Origin: Parachlamydiales bacterium
GTDB lineage: Bacteria; Chlamydiota; Chlamydiia; Chlamydiales; Parachlamydiaceae
Assembly: GCA_020051075.1 (NCBI GenBank)
Contig: JAGVJP010000041.1
Span: forward strand, 1 to 64,000
Length of the DNA stretch: 64,000 nt
Direction: 5' to 3'
Translations under genes and position numbers: made by a program
In this document: in pieces, positions 19,836-29,566 of the stretch
Layout: each line of letters starts with the position of its first letter
How positions within the stretch are numbered: the stretch's first letter is position 1
Notes under the pieces: model-generated
The model's input: only the letters and a program-made list of their open reading frames with translations
What the model was told of the DNA's origin: nothing
Database searches by the model: none

Positions 19836-20938
19836 TATCTTCGCACATCGGGTAAGAGAAGGTTTAGGAAAAAGAAGAGCAAGGCCATGCCAAGGGGGAT
19901 CTGATAATAAAGATCGAAGATCAAATCTTCTTGTTTAATGGAAGTCACCTGCCGAGCTGGTCTTCCATCTTGAGCGCTGATGAGGGGGTCTTGTCCAATC
20001 TGCGAGGCGATTTCTCGTGATAATGACCAAGATGACCATTGATCCGCTTGATAATATTTTCCCCGATTGCGTTTGGCGAGTTGTTCTAATATTTCTGGCT
20101 CAAGGGCTGATTCAACCGGTTTTCCTTCTTCGTTGGTGACATGAGGAATCTGTTGACGTTTAGAGGAGCCGATTCCAACGGTGTAAAAACGGATGTTAAA
20201 CTGCGCGGGATCTGGGATTGCGTTTATGATCCGCTTGACCTCTTCCTCCCGCTCCCTCCCTTGCAAAAGATCGAGTTGGTTATCGCCTCCATCTGAAAGA
20301 AAGATGACTGAATAGTGTTTCAAAGAGGGTTTCTGAAATGCTCCTTCACTAAGTGATTCAAGAGCAGCCGCAAAGCTCGTTCCCCCAACGTCTCCTTCAT
20401 CAAGATGGAGTTCTCTGATCATTAAACGGAGAAATAAGTAGTCGACAGTGGGAGGGGCCAACTGGCTTAATGATGATGTGAATGCATAGAGTGAGGCTGT
20501 CTGCCCTTTTAGTTGGCTGATGATATCTGTCATGATCGATTTGGCTTCATTTAACCGTGTTGTGCTATCATATCCGTCGGTTACACCCATCGAGGCTGAG
20601 GTGTCAACAACGAATAATACTTCATGAGGGAGATAATGAGGCTTGGCCAGGGCTTTTACAGCTGGGTTGGCAAGTGGACGGTATCGGAGGTTTCCGATAG
20701 GACTCATCAAGGCGATGCAGCAGAGGGTCCATATGATTACCCAGACACACCATTTGGTGTAGGTGAGTAGGGGAGAACGCGGAGTCAATAACTGCTTGAG
20801 GGTTTCTGTAGAAGAGAATTCTTCCGACTGTTTTTTTCTATGAAAATGCAATCCGATGAATCCAAACAGGAGGGGGATCAAGAGAAGTAATAAGAGCGAA
20901 CTGTAGGGGTATTCAAAAATAATGTCTGAGTTGTTCAT
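19835..20938 (-). CDS. batB: BatB-like VWA domain protein
   Basis: N-terminal TMs, MIDAS DTSASM, GGT, LSDG, YTVGIG, C-terminal TM. Confidence 0.8.
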   Translation of the reverse strand: MNNSDIIFEYPYSSLLLLLLIPLLFGFIGLHFHRKKQSEEFSSTETLKQLLTPRSPLLTYTKWCVWVIIWTLCCIALMSPIGNLRYRPLANPAVKALAKPHYLPHEVLFVVDTSASMGVTDGYDSTTRLNEAKSIMTDIISQLKGQTASLYAFTSSLSQLAPPTVDYLFLRLMIRELHLDEGDVGGTSFAAALESLSEGAFQKPSLKHYSVIFLSDGGDNQLDLLQGREREEEVKRIINAIPDPAQFNIRFYTVGIGSSKRQQIPHVTNEEGKPVESALEPEILEQLAKRNRGKYYQADQWSSWSLSREIASQIGQDPLISAQDGRPARQVTSIKQEDLIFDLYYQIPLGMALLFFFLNLLLPDVRR

Positions 20939-20939
20939 G

Positions 20940-22079
20940 CTAAGGCACTCTCCGCAAGACATAAGAGTCTAAGATGAGAGCAGAAAAAAGAGCGGCGAGT
21001 CCGAGGCAAATCAAAAAAGGATACAAAGAAAATCGGGTAAAGACCTCGCTTTGAGTGAAGGTTAGGAGGGCTTCTTGAGGAATTTGATTTTTTTCTAATT
21101 CGTTAATAGACTGGTAAATATCTTGCAGCGATTGGCTATCTCCGGTAAGGAAAAACTTTCCTCCGGTCTTCTCTGTGATTGCCTTCAGTTGACGTCGATG
21201 AGGGGCATATTGTGGGGATGAAAACGTGGGGTCGATATTGATGACATAGAGGCGGATATTTTGACTTTTTGCAAATGCTGCCGCATCGTCGAGTTCCATT
21301 GTTCGAAGTTGGTTGCCTTGATCTAAACGATTTGGATCTTGAAATCCATCGGTTACGACGATGATCACAGCGCTTTTAATGGTGTAAGAGGGCTCTCCCT
21401 CAGAACGGAGATCTTGAGAGAAGTGGCGGGTGGCTGCAATCAGCTGAGCGGTTTTATAGATCGCGTAGCCAATCCCTGTCCCATCTTCGTCAGTTTTCTT
21501 GACAACTTGAAATTGACCGAGCTGGTTTAATAGAGCCTCTTGATCTAAGGTGAGTGGGATCAGGACCTTGGGAACACGGGCAAAGGCAACTAAGCCGATT
21601 AGGTCGGTCGGGTGGTCTTTGATAAATTGCCCAGTCACCTGTTTGAGGAGGTCGATTTTTGGGATTGTCTGTTTAAAGCCTTCTTTGTTGATCGCGGTCA
21701 CTTTTTCAGACATTGATCCGGACTGGTCGAGGTCGAGATAGATAGCAATCCCTTCGGTTGGCAGCTGTTGGCTTGGTTGTTGCTTCTCTTCAGGATTGGG
21801 AGGGCGTTTAAATTGAAGATGGGGGTCGATGAAAGCGAGGAGTAAAAGGATCAGTGCAGCAAGTTGGAGATAGGTAGAATAAGGAACAAATGCGGTTCGC
21901 CATGAGTGGGATTTCAGATCGTTTACCCGTGAGAAGGAGAAAGAAGGGGGTGTTTTTTTTGAGAAATTCCGTCCGGTGAATATCCCTAAAGCAAGGATAC
22001 TGAGCAAGGCTAAAATGGAAGCGATGATGTCAACAGCAAAATGCACAACAGTCTCTCTGAAATAAGCTGACGTTATCAA
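20940..22079 (-). CDS. batA: BatA-like VWA domain protein
   Basis: EGIAIYLDLDQSGSM, DLIGLVAF, PLTLD, DGTGIG, VTDG, TGGKFF. Confidence 0.82.
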   Translation of the reverse strand: MITSAYFRETVVHFAVDIIASILALLSILALGIFTGRNFSKKTPPSFSFSRVNDLKSHSWRTAFVPYSTYLQLAALILLLLAFIDPHLQFKRPPNPEEKQQPSQQLPTEGIAIYLDLDQSGSMSEKVTAINKEGFKQTIPKIDLLKQVTGQFIKDHPTDLIGLVAFARVPKVLIPLTLDQEALLNQLGQFQVVKKTDEDGTGIGYAIYKTAQLIAATRHFSQDLRSEGEPSYTIKSAVIIVVTDGFQDPNRLDQGNQLRTMELDDAAAFAKSQNIRLYVINIDPTFSSPQYAPHRRQLKAITEKTGGKFFLTGDSQSLQDIYQSINELEKNQIPQEALLTFTQSEVFTRFSLYPFLICLGLAALFSALILDSYVLRRVP

Positions 22080-22084
22080 AGAGT

Positions 22085-22225
22085 CTATTTTATTTCAATT
22101 TTCCCATCAAAAAGATCATCAAGTGTGATCACACGATCAAAATAGTGGCGGTTTAGTGAAGAATCGTTTGCATCTTCCGTTGTGACCAAAACCTTTTGTA
22201 TGTTTTTTTCTTGCGATTGGAAAAA
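22085..22225 (-). pseudogene. 3' fragment of an AAA ATPase (ATPase_2/DUF234-like) gene
   Basis: Reads IQKVLVTTEDANDSSLNRHYFDRVITLDDLFDGKIEIK* with no start, ending just before batA. Confidence 0.45.
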
Positions 22226-22331
22226 GTCCGAATTATAGCGAGGACAGCGGAAATGATGCACAAATCGATGAGCAAGACTTTGGATGTCTTAATCGATAAA
22301 GGCCTTCAACACCTACGACCAAGTTAACATA

Positions 22332-23750
22332 TTATTCCCGCCTTGCTCTTTTAGTGCCTTCATAACACACCTGATTTGACAACAACGGGATGACGACCAC
22401 CGAAATGTTGTCCTTTGCTCCTGCAGTCAAAGCACTAGATACGACAGTTTGAGCGATGAACGCTTTATGCACTTTGTTCCTTATATTCGTAATCAATCCG
22501 GCTACCTCGAGTGAACTGAACTGATGCCAAAGACCATCGCTTGCCAATAACAAAAATCCCTCTATGGCTACCGGTTTAACCTCTTCCACACTCGAACTCG
22601 CTCCCACATGGCTACTCGGGCTTAAAGATGATGAATCAGAAAAGATCGAATTTGCTTCCTTGATTAGGGGATAGCGAGTGACTATAGGAGTGTGAGGCAT
22701 GCAACATTCTTGATTTGTATTTATAACTCGATGATCGCAAAGAGAAGAAGCGAGTGCCAAGATCCCATTAACACGGTTAACTCCATTTCGGTTTTTCGTG
22801 ATTTTTCCACCACGCTTCAACACTTTTTTTATAAAACGAGGATTGTCAAGGGAAGCGTCCTCACTAAGAGTCACGCATATTCCTTCTTCGGGATTATTTG
22901 GACAAAAAATTGCACGGCAGTCGCCTGCATTAGCCACCCAAATCACCTGTTTAAAGATAAAAGCTACGATCGCAGTTGATCCATGGTATATTGTTTGCTG
23001 CGGACTCAAGCGATGCAATAATCTAAACGTTTTCCGTAAAGCCTTCCAAATCGCATAATCTGATACTTTCTCTTTATCTTTATGGTACAATTCAAGAGTC
23101 GTTTGAAGGAAAACGTGCAGATTTTCTTGAATATATTGAGCAATAATAGCTGTTCCATGGCCATCAAAGACCCCCGCTACATCCGCATAACAGGCCTCTT
23201 TTCCTACGACGAAACGTATTGGTTTGAATATACTCCGGTCTTCCATATAGTCTCTTCCAGCTTGAGCTGATCCTAGCCATGCATTCATTTCATAACCTTG
23301 AACGCTTTGAATTGTGATTCCAGGCATTGAAAAGGATAAGGGTATCGTTATTCTCTGGCTTTCTTTTGATTGCTGTTCCATGGCACGCTCAAGGTTCTTG
23401 CGTAACTTTTCTTGAAGTCGCAGTTCAGCAAGGGGGTGAACGGGTTCAGAAATTTCTTCTTGACTTGATATTGCAGGCACTGGATCTGAGAAACTCTGTT
23501 CGCTCTCTGGCGGAACCGTTTCACCGTTAGGAATTGCTGTGTCTATTTCATGGCTATCCAATTCAGGTAAAGAATCTACATCTGTGCTAGGTAAAGAGTC
23601 TACATCTGTGTTAGGTAAAGAGTCTACATCTGTGGATCCTTCTCCTGCAGGTTTTTTTGAAGATTTATAACCGATAATCTGCTTTGTTAAGCTTTCAACA
23701 GTCCAGATAGGATGAGGAAAGTTTAAGCTTGAAGTGGATGATGAAGCCAT
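22332..23750 (-). CDS. PP2C-family Ser/Thr phosphatase with long acidic N-terminal extension (candidate secreted effector)
   Basis: GRDYMEDR, GVFDGHG, GSTA, ANAGDCRA, LLASDGLW, DNISVVV. Confidence 0.88.
   Translation of the reverse strand: MASSSTSSLNFPHPIWTVESLTKQIIGYKSSKKPAGEGSTDVDSLPNTDVDSLPSTDVDSLPELDSHEIDTAIPNGETVPPESEQSFSDPVPAISSQEEISEPVHPLAELRLQEKLRKNLERAMEQQSKESQRITIPLSFSMPGITIQSVQGYEMNAWLGSAQAGRDYMEDRSIFKPIRFVVGKEACYADVAGVFDGHGTAIIAQYIQENLHVFLQTTLELYHKDKEKVSDYAIWKALRKTFRLLHRLSPQQTIYHGSTAIVAFIFKQVIWVANAGDCRAIFCPNNPEEGICVTLSEDASLDNPRFIKKVLKRGGKITKNRNGVNRVNGILALASSLCDHRVINTNQECCMPHTPIVTRYPLIKEANSIFSDSSSLSPSSHVGASSSVEEVKPVAIEGFLLLASDGLWHQFSSLEVAGLITNIRNKVHKAFIAQTVVSSALTAGAKDNISVVVIPLLSNQVCYEGTKRARRE
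23565..23636 (-). repeat. 24-bp in-frame tandem repeat x3 in the PP2C gene
   Basis: Encodes STDVDSLP-NTDVDSLP-STDVDSLP. Confidence 0.9.
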
Positions 23751-23898
23751 GAATAAGTTCCTGTTTTAACAAGATGTATTTTCGAATTAATATTAGCAAT
23801 TTCAAGCGATATCGAATCGATACCGATTCCTTAACAGCTTCTTTGGTTTCGCAAGAGCATGAATGATAAACTGTCTCCTCTAAAAATGGAAGTAGAAC

Positions 23899-24807
23899 TC
23901 ATTTTTCCTTTCCTGTCTCAATATTGGCTGGGCCTGACATCACTGAACCCCGATTTTTGGGTTGAATGGTGATTGTTCCGACCTTTAACAAGATGCTTAC
24001 TGGTTTATTACCTTTAACTCGACCCTGAGAGCGTGCTAACATCGCACAGCTTGTCGATCCTGTTCCGCATGCTGCTGTAATGCGATTAACGCCGCGTTCA
24101 AATGTCGTCACTCTTAAGCTGCTTTCAGACAAAACTTCGGCCTTGTTGAGATTAATTCCATAAGGAAAAAATTGTCTTTGATGAAGGTTGAGATAACAAC
24201 CTAAATCCATCAATTCATTTTCATGAATATCATCGAAAGTGACCAGATGAGGCTCTAACGTTTCTGTCCAAAAAAAGGTAAACTGCCTCACTCCAAGTCC
24301 AAGTGTGAATGTCGTCGACTTGAAAAACTTGCTTTTTCGAAAATGTAATTTTGTGATTCCCATATCGACGAAGAACAGATTGTTTTCCCACCAAACTTTT
24401 CTCAACCCTTGAGAAGTTTTTAGATAATAGTCTATTTTTTTGTCGCCAATTTTATGCTGTAGATAGCGGGTGACGACACGTGCACCGTTGCCACAAAACT
24501 CGGCGATGCTTTGATCGGGTTCGAGAACGGTCATCGTCAAAATGAGCTGACGTTCGTTTTGATACTCTTTTCTCAAAATCAACGCATCATCCCGATTTTC
24601 TTTGATCAGGGCAGAGTGGACTGCTTGGATCGTATCAGGTCTGATTTCATATGAGGAGTCGAGCCAATCAAAAATTAAAAACGTGTTGCCGCATCCTTCT
24701 CCTCTGATGTAAGGTAATGCAGGCACTTGAAAATCAAGTGCCTGCTGTTGTAGAGAAGTTTCAACGGATAGAAATCGCTGTGGTTTGTGTGACATCATCA
24801 TATCCAT
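23899..24807 (-). CDS. dapF: Diaminopimelate epimerase-like (DapF fold) protein; start uncertain (24795-24819)
   Basis: GCGNTF, catalytic EFCGNGAR, EPHLV, and TFERGVNRITAACGTGS. Confidence 0.75.
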   Translation of the reverse strand: MDMMMSHKPQRFLSVETSLQQQALDFQVPALPYIRGEGCGNTFLIFDWLDSSYEIRPDTIQAVHSALIKENRDDALILRKEYQNERQLILTMTVLEPDQSIAEFCGNGARVVTRYLQHKIGDKKIDYYLKTSQGLRKVWWENNLFFVDMGITKLHFRKSKFFKSTTFTLGLGVRQFTFFWTETLEPHLVTFDDIHENELMDLGCYLNLHQRQFFPYGINLNKAEVLSESSLRVTTFERGVNRITAACGTGSTSCAMLARSQGRVKGNKPVSILLKVGTITIQPKNRGSVMSGPANIETGKEK

Positions 24808-25708
24808 GGTTTGCCTCAAATAGTTTTGTGATTAACTGAAAATACTCGCCAGAATCGGAGTACATTTCCCGATAATGGTGTGGATAGTAAGTGACTAGGT
24901 CGCGAACGAAGGGAAATCCTCGCTCCGTTGAATCTAATCTTTTTATTAAGTGTTCAGAAATCGGAGTGATGTACTTCTCTGGCCTGAAAGTGCGGCCATT
25001 CACAGTCACTTTACATCCTTTCTTGAACGTGTTCATGATGATTTCGCAGAGTTGGCACAATAATGCGGGTCCCTGCCCTGGTGTCGTATCCTGAAGAAAT
25101 GTCCGTTGTTCAGGACTAAAAGCTTTTCTAATCAACTTAGCTTTCAAAGAACCCTCATTGATAAAAAAACTGATCTGGTTATCATGAATTAATCGATAAA
25201 TAGATTTCTGTGTCTCTGCTCCACCGGGAACATCCCCTTGAAAAAATGCAGAGAATTCCCTTTCAGTTTGTCTAATTTTATCCAAATCGTCATAGCAGCC
25301 CGAGACATCTTTGAAATCGATGACGAGGCAACGCACCCATTGTTTTTCAGGATCTTGCTGATTCACAAGCTCGATGCTCTGAGAAATCTCCATTCGATGT
25401 TTTGGCTGCACAAAATCTGTAATTTTAAATTTCCGGTTTTTCGACACCCCATTTAATGGATAGACATCTGCTATGGTCAAGGAGTCGTGGAGGTCTTGAG
25501 AACTGGATGATGAGGAACTCCCTGCATGTTCTATCAGCGGTTCCAAATAAAATCTAACGGGATCTTCTGCATCTCCCTCTTCCAAGTGTGAGAAGAAGGA
25601 GATTGAAAGGCAGTTCGTACTCTCATCAGTTTGGCACAGATTCAAACGTGCTTCGATAATAGAAGAGGAGTATCCTTGCGAGGAATCAGGAAAAACTGTA
25701 CCGATCAT
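24761..25708 (-). CDS. Hypothetical protein
   Basis: 315-aa ORF abutting the transporter stop and overlapping the dapF-like start; no family recognised. Confidence 0.7.
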   Translation of the reverse strand: MIGTVFPDSSQGYSSSIIEARLNLCQTDESTNCLSISFFSHLEEGDAEDPVRFYLEPLIEHAGSSSSSSSQDLHDSLTIADVYPLNGVSKNRKFKITDFVQPKHRMEISQSIELVNQQDPEKQWVRCLVIDFKDVSGCYDDLDKIRQTEREFSAFFQGDVPGGAETQKSIYRLIHDNQISFFINEGSLKAKLIRKAFSPEQRTFLQDTTPGQGPALLCQLCEIIMNTFKKGCKVTVNGRTFRPEKYITPISEHLIKRLDSTERGFPFVRDLVTYYPHHYREMYSDSGEYFQLITKLFEANHGYDDVTQTTAISIR

Positions 25709-27079
25709 TTAACAACCTCCCCTATCACAAGCTGATAACCTCGATTCAGAGGCAGTAGAAGTGTCGCCATAACTAAACACAACTTCATTCCTTAATCGAT
25801 AGATTCCTGCTAGATTGATGATTAGCAGAAGAGCACCGGCAAGGCGCATGACGAACAGGGCGTGTGTCTGATCGAAAAATGCAAAGAAGGTGAGGACGCA
25901 GATCGTATAGGTGATATAGATCAGCCGGCCTCTGTTCGGCAAGAGATAACGTGCGCATTTGATTCCGACAATGAAATAGGCAATCAATGTGGTATAGCCT
26001 AGGATCAAAATGAAACTAGGCATGAGGATCTCTGTAAAAGGAAAGTGCTGAGCTAATGCCATTTGCACAAGCGGGGCATGTTCGCTTTCAACAGGCGTTT
26101 GCCACATGCCGGTCACTAAGACAACCAAGATGCTTAAGGTGCAGATTAGATTATCCAAGCAGACCCCAAAGAAGGCCATCCGTGCTTGCCTTTCAGGGTA
26201 TACGGTGTGGGATTCACTTTGGATCGTTGAATCATAACCAATGCCGATATCTGCTGAATAGCAGGCTCCTGCCATCCCATTTTGTATCGCAAGCATCATC
26301 GTGCTTCCTGCGAACCCTCCAACGGCTGCATGTCCGCTAAATGCTGATGTGAAAACATTCATTAACACTGAGGGTAAGTCAGCAAAGTGATGACAAACCA
26401 CCCACATGCATAGGCTAATGTAGACGAATATAAAGACAGGCATAATCAAACCGCAGATTTTGCCGACGCGCGGCACGCCGCCAATTCCTGCATAGATGAC
26501 TAAGCCCAATAAGCAGAAAGCGATCAGGAAGCGGTTTAATCCCCAAGAATAGGCTATCGTATCAACGATGACGTTGAATTGATAAATTTCTGCTCCGTAT
26601 ATACATAAAAGTACGCATACAGCAGCTGATACCCAACGGACTCCAAAAGCTTTTCTGAGAAAAAACATGGGGCCTCCATCGTAGCTCTCATCTTCATTTT
26701 GTACTCGATGTCTGAGGCCTAGAAACACTTCGGAATATTTAATCAAAGTGCCCGCGAATCCAGCTATCCAAACCCATAAGAGTGCTCCAGGACCTCCTAG
26801 TTGGATTGCAGTGACAATCCCGACCACGTTCCCTACACCCAGCATTCCGCCGACTGAAGCAAAAAATGTTTTCACGGGATGCAGTCCGCGTGCATTGTTG
26901 GACGAACGTTGAGAGGCTTCCTGAAAGAAAGTGCGGATCACATGAGGAAATGCCCGCATCTGAAAAAAGCCTGTTTTCAGGGTTAAGTAACACCCCAGAG
27001 AAATGATCAAAGCAAAACCGACATATCCCCAAAAGAACTCATCGGCGCTTAGAAGAAAATTAAAAATTTGACTAAACAT
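25709..27079 (-). CDS. Sodium:alanine/glycine symporter (AGCS, DagA/AlsT-like)
   Basis: GGMLGVGNVVG, GGPGALLWVW, GGPM, AAVGGFAG; about 11 TMs. Confidence 0.92.
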   Translation of the reverse strand: MFSQIFNFLLSADEFFWGYVGFALIISLGCYLTLKTGFFQMRAFPHVIRTFFQEASQRSSNNARGLHPVKTFFASVGGMLGVGNVVGIVTAIQLGGPGALLWVWIAGFAGTLIKYSEVFLGLRHRVQNEDESYDGGPMFFLRKAFGVRWVSAAVCVLLCIYGAEIYQFNVIVDTIAYSWGLNRFLIAFCLLGLVIYAGIGGVPRVGKICGLIMPVFIFVYISLCMWVVCHHFADLPSVLMNVFTSAFSGHAAVGGFAGSTMMLAIQNGMAGACYSADIGIGYDSTIQSESHTVYPERQARMAFFGVCLDNLICTLSILVVLVTGMWQTPVESEHAPLVQMALAQHFPFTEILMPSFILILGYTTLIAYFIVGIKCARYLLPNRGRLIYITYTICVLTFFAFFDQTHALFVMRLAGALLLIINLAGIYRLRNEVVFSYGDTSTASESRLSACDRGGC

Positions 27080-27343
27080 AATACATCCTTAAATAAAATG
27101 ATAAAATATAGGCATGCATTAGTTTGGAGAGTGATAGACAGAATCGCAAAGTCTTGTGATCATCGAAAATACACAAGGATGAGCGATTGGTTGAATCAGT
27201 TTTCTAAACTAATAGATGCAAAAATAAAAATAATTTGTTTAATTTGATTGAATACAATTCGCTATAGTGACTTTTTTGAAAAAATCATTTGCGAAAATGT
27301 GCAGAATCGAATTAAAGCTTTAACAAAAAATAAAAATGGGGAT

Positions 27344-27481
27344 TTACTTTCGTTTAGAAGAAACGAAAAGAGACATGCGTTTCAAAGACGCAAAAGAAGA
27401 GAATATAGATGAGCAGAAACTGGACATAGCGGCCGTTTGTCTATTGCGTTGACATAACGGTCTCGAACGTGCTGGGCACAT
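27344..27481 (-). CDS. Putative 45-aa Ser/Phe-rich small protein or leader peptide
   Basis: Perfect AAGGAGG 6 nt before the ATG; MCPARSRPLCQRNRQTAAMSSFCSSIFSSFASLKRMSLFVSSKRK. Confidence 0.45.
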   Translation of the reverse strand: MCPARSRPLCQRNRQTAAMSSFCSSIFSSFASLKRMSLFVSSKRK

Positions 27482-27631
27482 AGTTGACCTCCTTAAAATG
27501 ATTCAGTTTAAAAAAGGCATTAATCACCTTTTGTACAAATTTTATATTATATTGTTTTATTTGTCTATGTTTTTTTCTATAAGACAGGGTTTTTTTGGCT
27601 ATTTTCATAACTTCGTCAAACCACTACACAC

Positions 27632-27698
27632 TATCCTGCACTATCTTTCTTATCCTCCCCATCCTGTTAATTTTGGCAGGATGGGAAGGATAAGATGC
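27632..27698. repeat. CAGGATA-family central hairpin (possible thrC terminator)
   Basis: CTTATCCTCCCCATCCTGT...GCAGGATGGGAAGGATAAG. Confidence 0.8.
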
Positions 27699-27742
27699 TA
27701 GATCAACGTGATTTAGCCCCTATGTTTGAGTGTTGACTGCAA

Positions 27743-29050
27743 CTATGTTGAGCTGAGCAATAAACTTCGAAGATCATCGTAGTCTGGTTTAAGAATGATG
27801 GACCGTTTTTCTTTGGATAGGACTTCTTGGAGCCTAGCAGGAATGGGAACCTGCTGGCCGGTAATGGCCTCCACATCATCAGCGAATTTAGCTGGATGGG
27901 CTGTTTCCAAAAATATTCCATTGATCTTTCCAGGGTGCTTGGCAAGAAAGGATTGCAGGCCCAAATAGGCGACTGCGCCATGAGGGTCGGATAGGTATCC
28001 ATATTTTGCAAAAACATCCTGCATGGCAGATTTTGTTTCAGTATCAGTGAAACCGACTCCAAAGATATCGCGGCTCATTTTTGTCCATTCATGTTCATAG
28101 AGATCCAGTAATCGTGCGAAATTACTTGGATTTCCTACATCCATAGCGTTCGACAATGTGTGTTTGGAGGGGAGAGGTTGAAAAATACCGGTGTGGAGAT
28201 ATTTTGGGACGATATCATTGATATTTGTTGCCGCCACCATGTGAGCGATCGGTAACCCCATTTTTTTTGCCAAAAGTCCTGCTGTTAAGTGTCCAAAATT
28301 GCCTGAGGGAACAGAAAAGACAAGAGGGGCATTTTTTTCCTTGAGTTGGGCATAAGCATGAAAATAATAAAACGACTGAGGAATAAGACGGGCTATGTTA
28401 ATGGAATTTGCTGAGCTGAGAGTCATTTTTTCTCGCAAGTGATGGTCAGAAAAAGCTTGTTTGACAAGTCTCTGACAGTCATCAAACGTCCCATCGACTT
28501 CAAGTGCGGTGACATTATGTCCCAGGGTTGTCAATTGTTGTTCTTGGCTCCAGCTGACTTTGCCTTTAGGGTAGAGAATCCAGACACGAATCCGTGGGGC
28601 ATCTAAAAATGCTTGTGCGACGGCGCTTCCCGTATCCCCTGAAGTAGCCACAAGAATATGCATTGTTTGCTCTTGATCTTGAAGGAAATACCTCATTAAC
28701 TGTGCCATGAATCTGGCCCCGAAGTCTTTAAAAGACAAAGTCGGTCCATGGAACAGCTCCAAGCTGTAAATATCACTGGATAGTGCAATAAGAGGAACTT
28801 CGAAGTTCATTGCTTTATCGATGATTTCCTTGAGGTCATGTAAGGGAAGCGCATCTTGCAGAAAGGTCTTGCCTACTTCAAAAGAAATTTCGCGGAGCGA
28901 CAAAGATTCTATCCTGTTGAAAAAAGCATCTGGCAAAAGAGGGATGCGATCGGGCATAAACAATCCGCCATTTTCATCAAGACCTGTCAGGACAGCTTCT
29001 TTAAGAGAAACTCTGATGTTTTTATCTTGGGTACTGTAAAATTGGATCAT
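27743..29050 (-). CDS. thrC: Threonine synthase
   Basis: ELFHGPTLSFKDFGARF (PLP Lys), ATSGDTGSA, SANSINIARL, VPSGNFG, ETAHPAKF. Confidence 0.96.
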   Translation of the reverse strand: MIQFYSTQDKNIRVSLKEAVLTGLDENGGLFMPDRIPLLPDAFFNRIESLSLREISFEVGKTFLQDALPLHDLKEIIDKAMNFEVPLIALSSDIYSLELFHGPTLSFKDFGARFMAQLMRYFLQDQEQTMHILVATSGDTGSAVAQAFLDAPRIRVWILYPKGKVSWSQEQQLTTLGHNVTALEVDGTFDDCQRLVKQAFSDHHLREKMTLSSANSINIARLIPQSFYYFHAYAQLKEKNAPLVFSVPSGNFGHLTAGLLAKKMGLPIAHMVAATNINDIVPKYLHTGIFQPLPSKHTLSNAMDVGNPSNFARLLDLYEHEWTKMSRDIFGVGFTDTETKSAMQDVFAKYGYLSDPHGAVAYLGLQSFLAKHPGKINGIFLETAHPAKFADDVEAITGQQVPIPARLQEVLSKEKRSIILKPDYDDLRSLLLSST

Positions 29051-29210
29051 AAAATCCTTGGTCCTTGTTTGTTCATTACTGATACTGGCATTCCGCCTTC
29101 GAGAGTGCGGTGTAATTTTGGTTGTGGATGCCTCTCATCTTCTAAATAAATGATCGGATGTTTAGGCGCCATAGGCAATTTTAATTGTTGAGGCTCACCC
29201 TCAAATTCTC
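29047..29210 (-). pseudogene. asd: Internal fragment of aspartate-semialdehyde dehydrogenase fused to a probable thrB tail
   Basis: Reads *EFEGEPQQLKLPMAPKHPIIYLEDERHPQPKLHRTLEGGMPVSV then MNKQGPRIL*, whose TGA overlaps the thrC ATG. Confidence 0.6.
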
Positions 29211-29420
29211 ATCTATGAGGATATCATGACAGAAAAAGAACCAGCACAGAAGAAGGCAAAAACCACTGTATATATGACCGAGGAGGAATAGATGAAAGTC
29301 AGTTTTAGGCGATAGCATGAAACGTGGGTAAGCTTGAGAGAAAAGTAGGAGATGCAGCGCGCTTTGCGTAGCTGTAGTGAACTTCAAAAAGGACGAATGT
29401 CTCAAAAATTGATCTAGAAT

Positions 29421-29458
29421 AAAGCGAAAGAGGACTTTCGCACTCCAAACGCTTCGCG
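29421..29458. repeat. REP-like hairpin
   Basis: AAAGCGAAAG-agga-CTTTCGCACTCCAAA followed by CGCTTCGCG; AAAGCG...CGCACTCCAAA REP-type frame. Confidence 0.45.
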
Positions 29459-29516
29459 AAGCAATTGAGAATTTGGTGTTTAATGCAACCTTACGTGTTC
29501 CAATCGCTTTGAACTG

Positions 29517-29552
29517 AAAAAAATGGAGCTGCAAAATGTTTTGCAGCTCCAT
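29517..29552 (-). terminator. Intrinsic terminator of the dnaK operon
   Basis: ATGGAGCTGCAAAA-tg-TTTTGCAGCTCCAT palindrome followed by a T-run on the minus strand. Confidence 0.85.
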
Positions 29553-29566
29553 CTAATGATCAAAGC

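Noticed and set aside
27080..27340. Glycine or lysine riboswitch upstream of the AGCS transporter
   Set aside because: Conserved aptamer motifs were not found; only one generic stem-loop.
29181..29552. 123-aa ORF downstream of dnaK
   Set aside because: Starts inside the terminator hairpin, crosses a REP-like element and has no recognisable motif.
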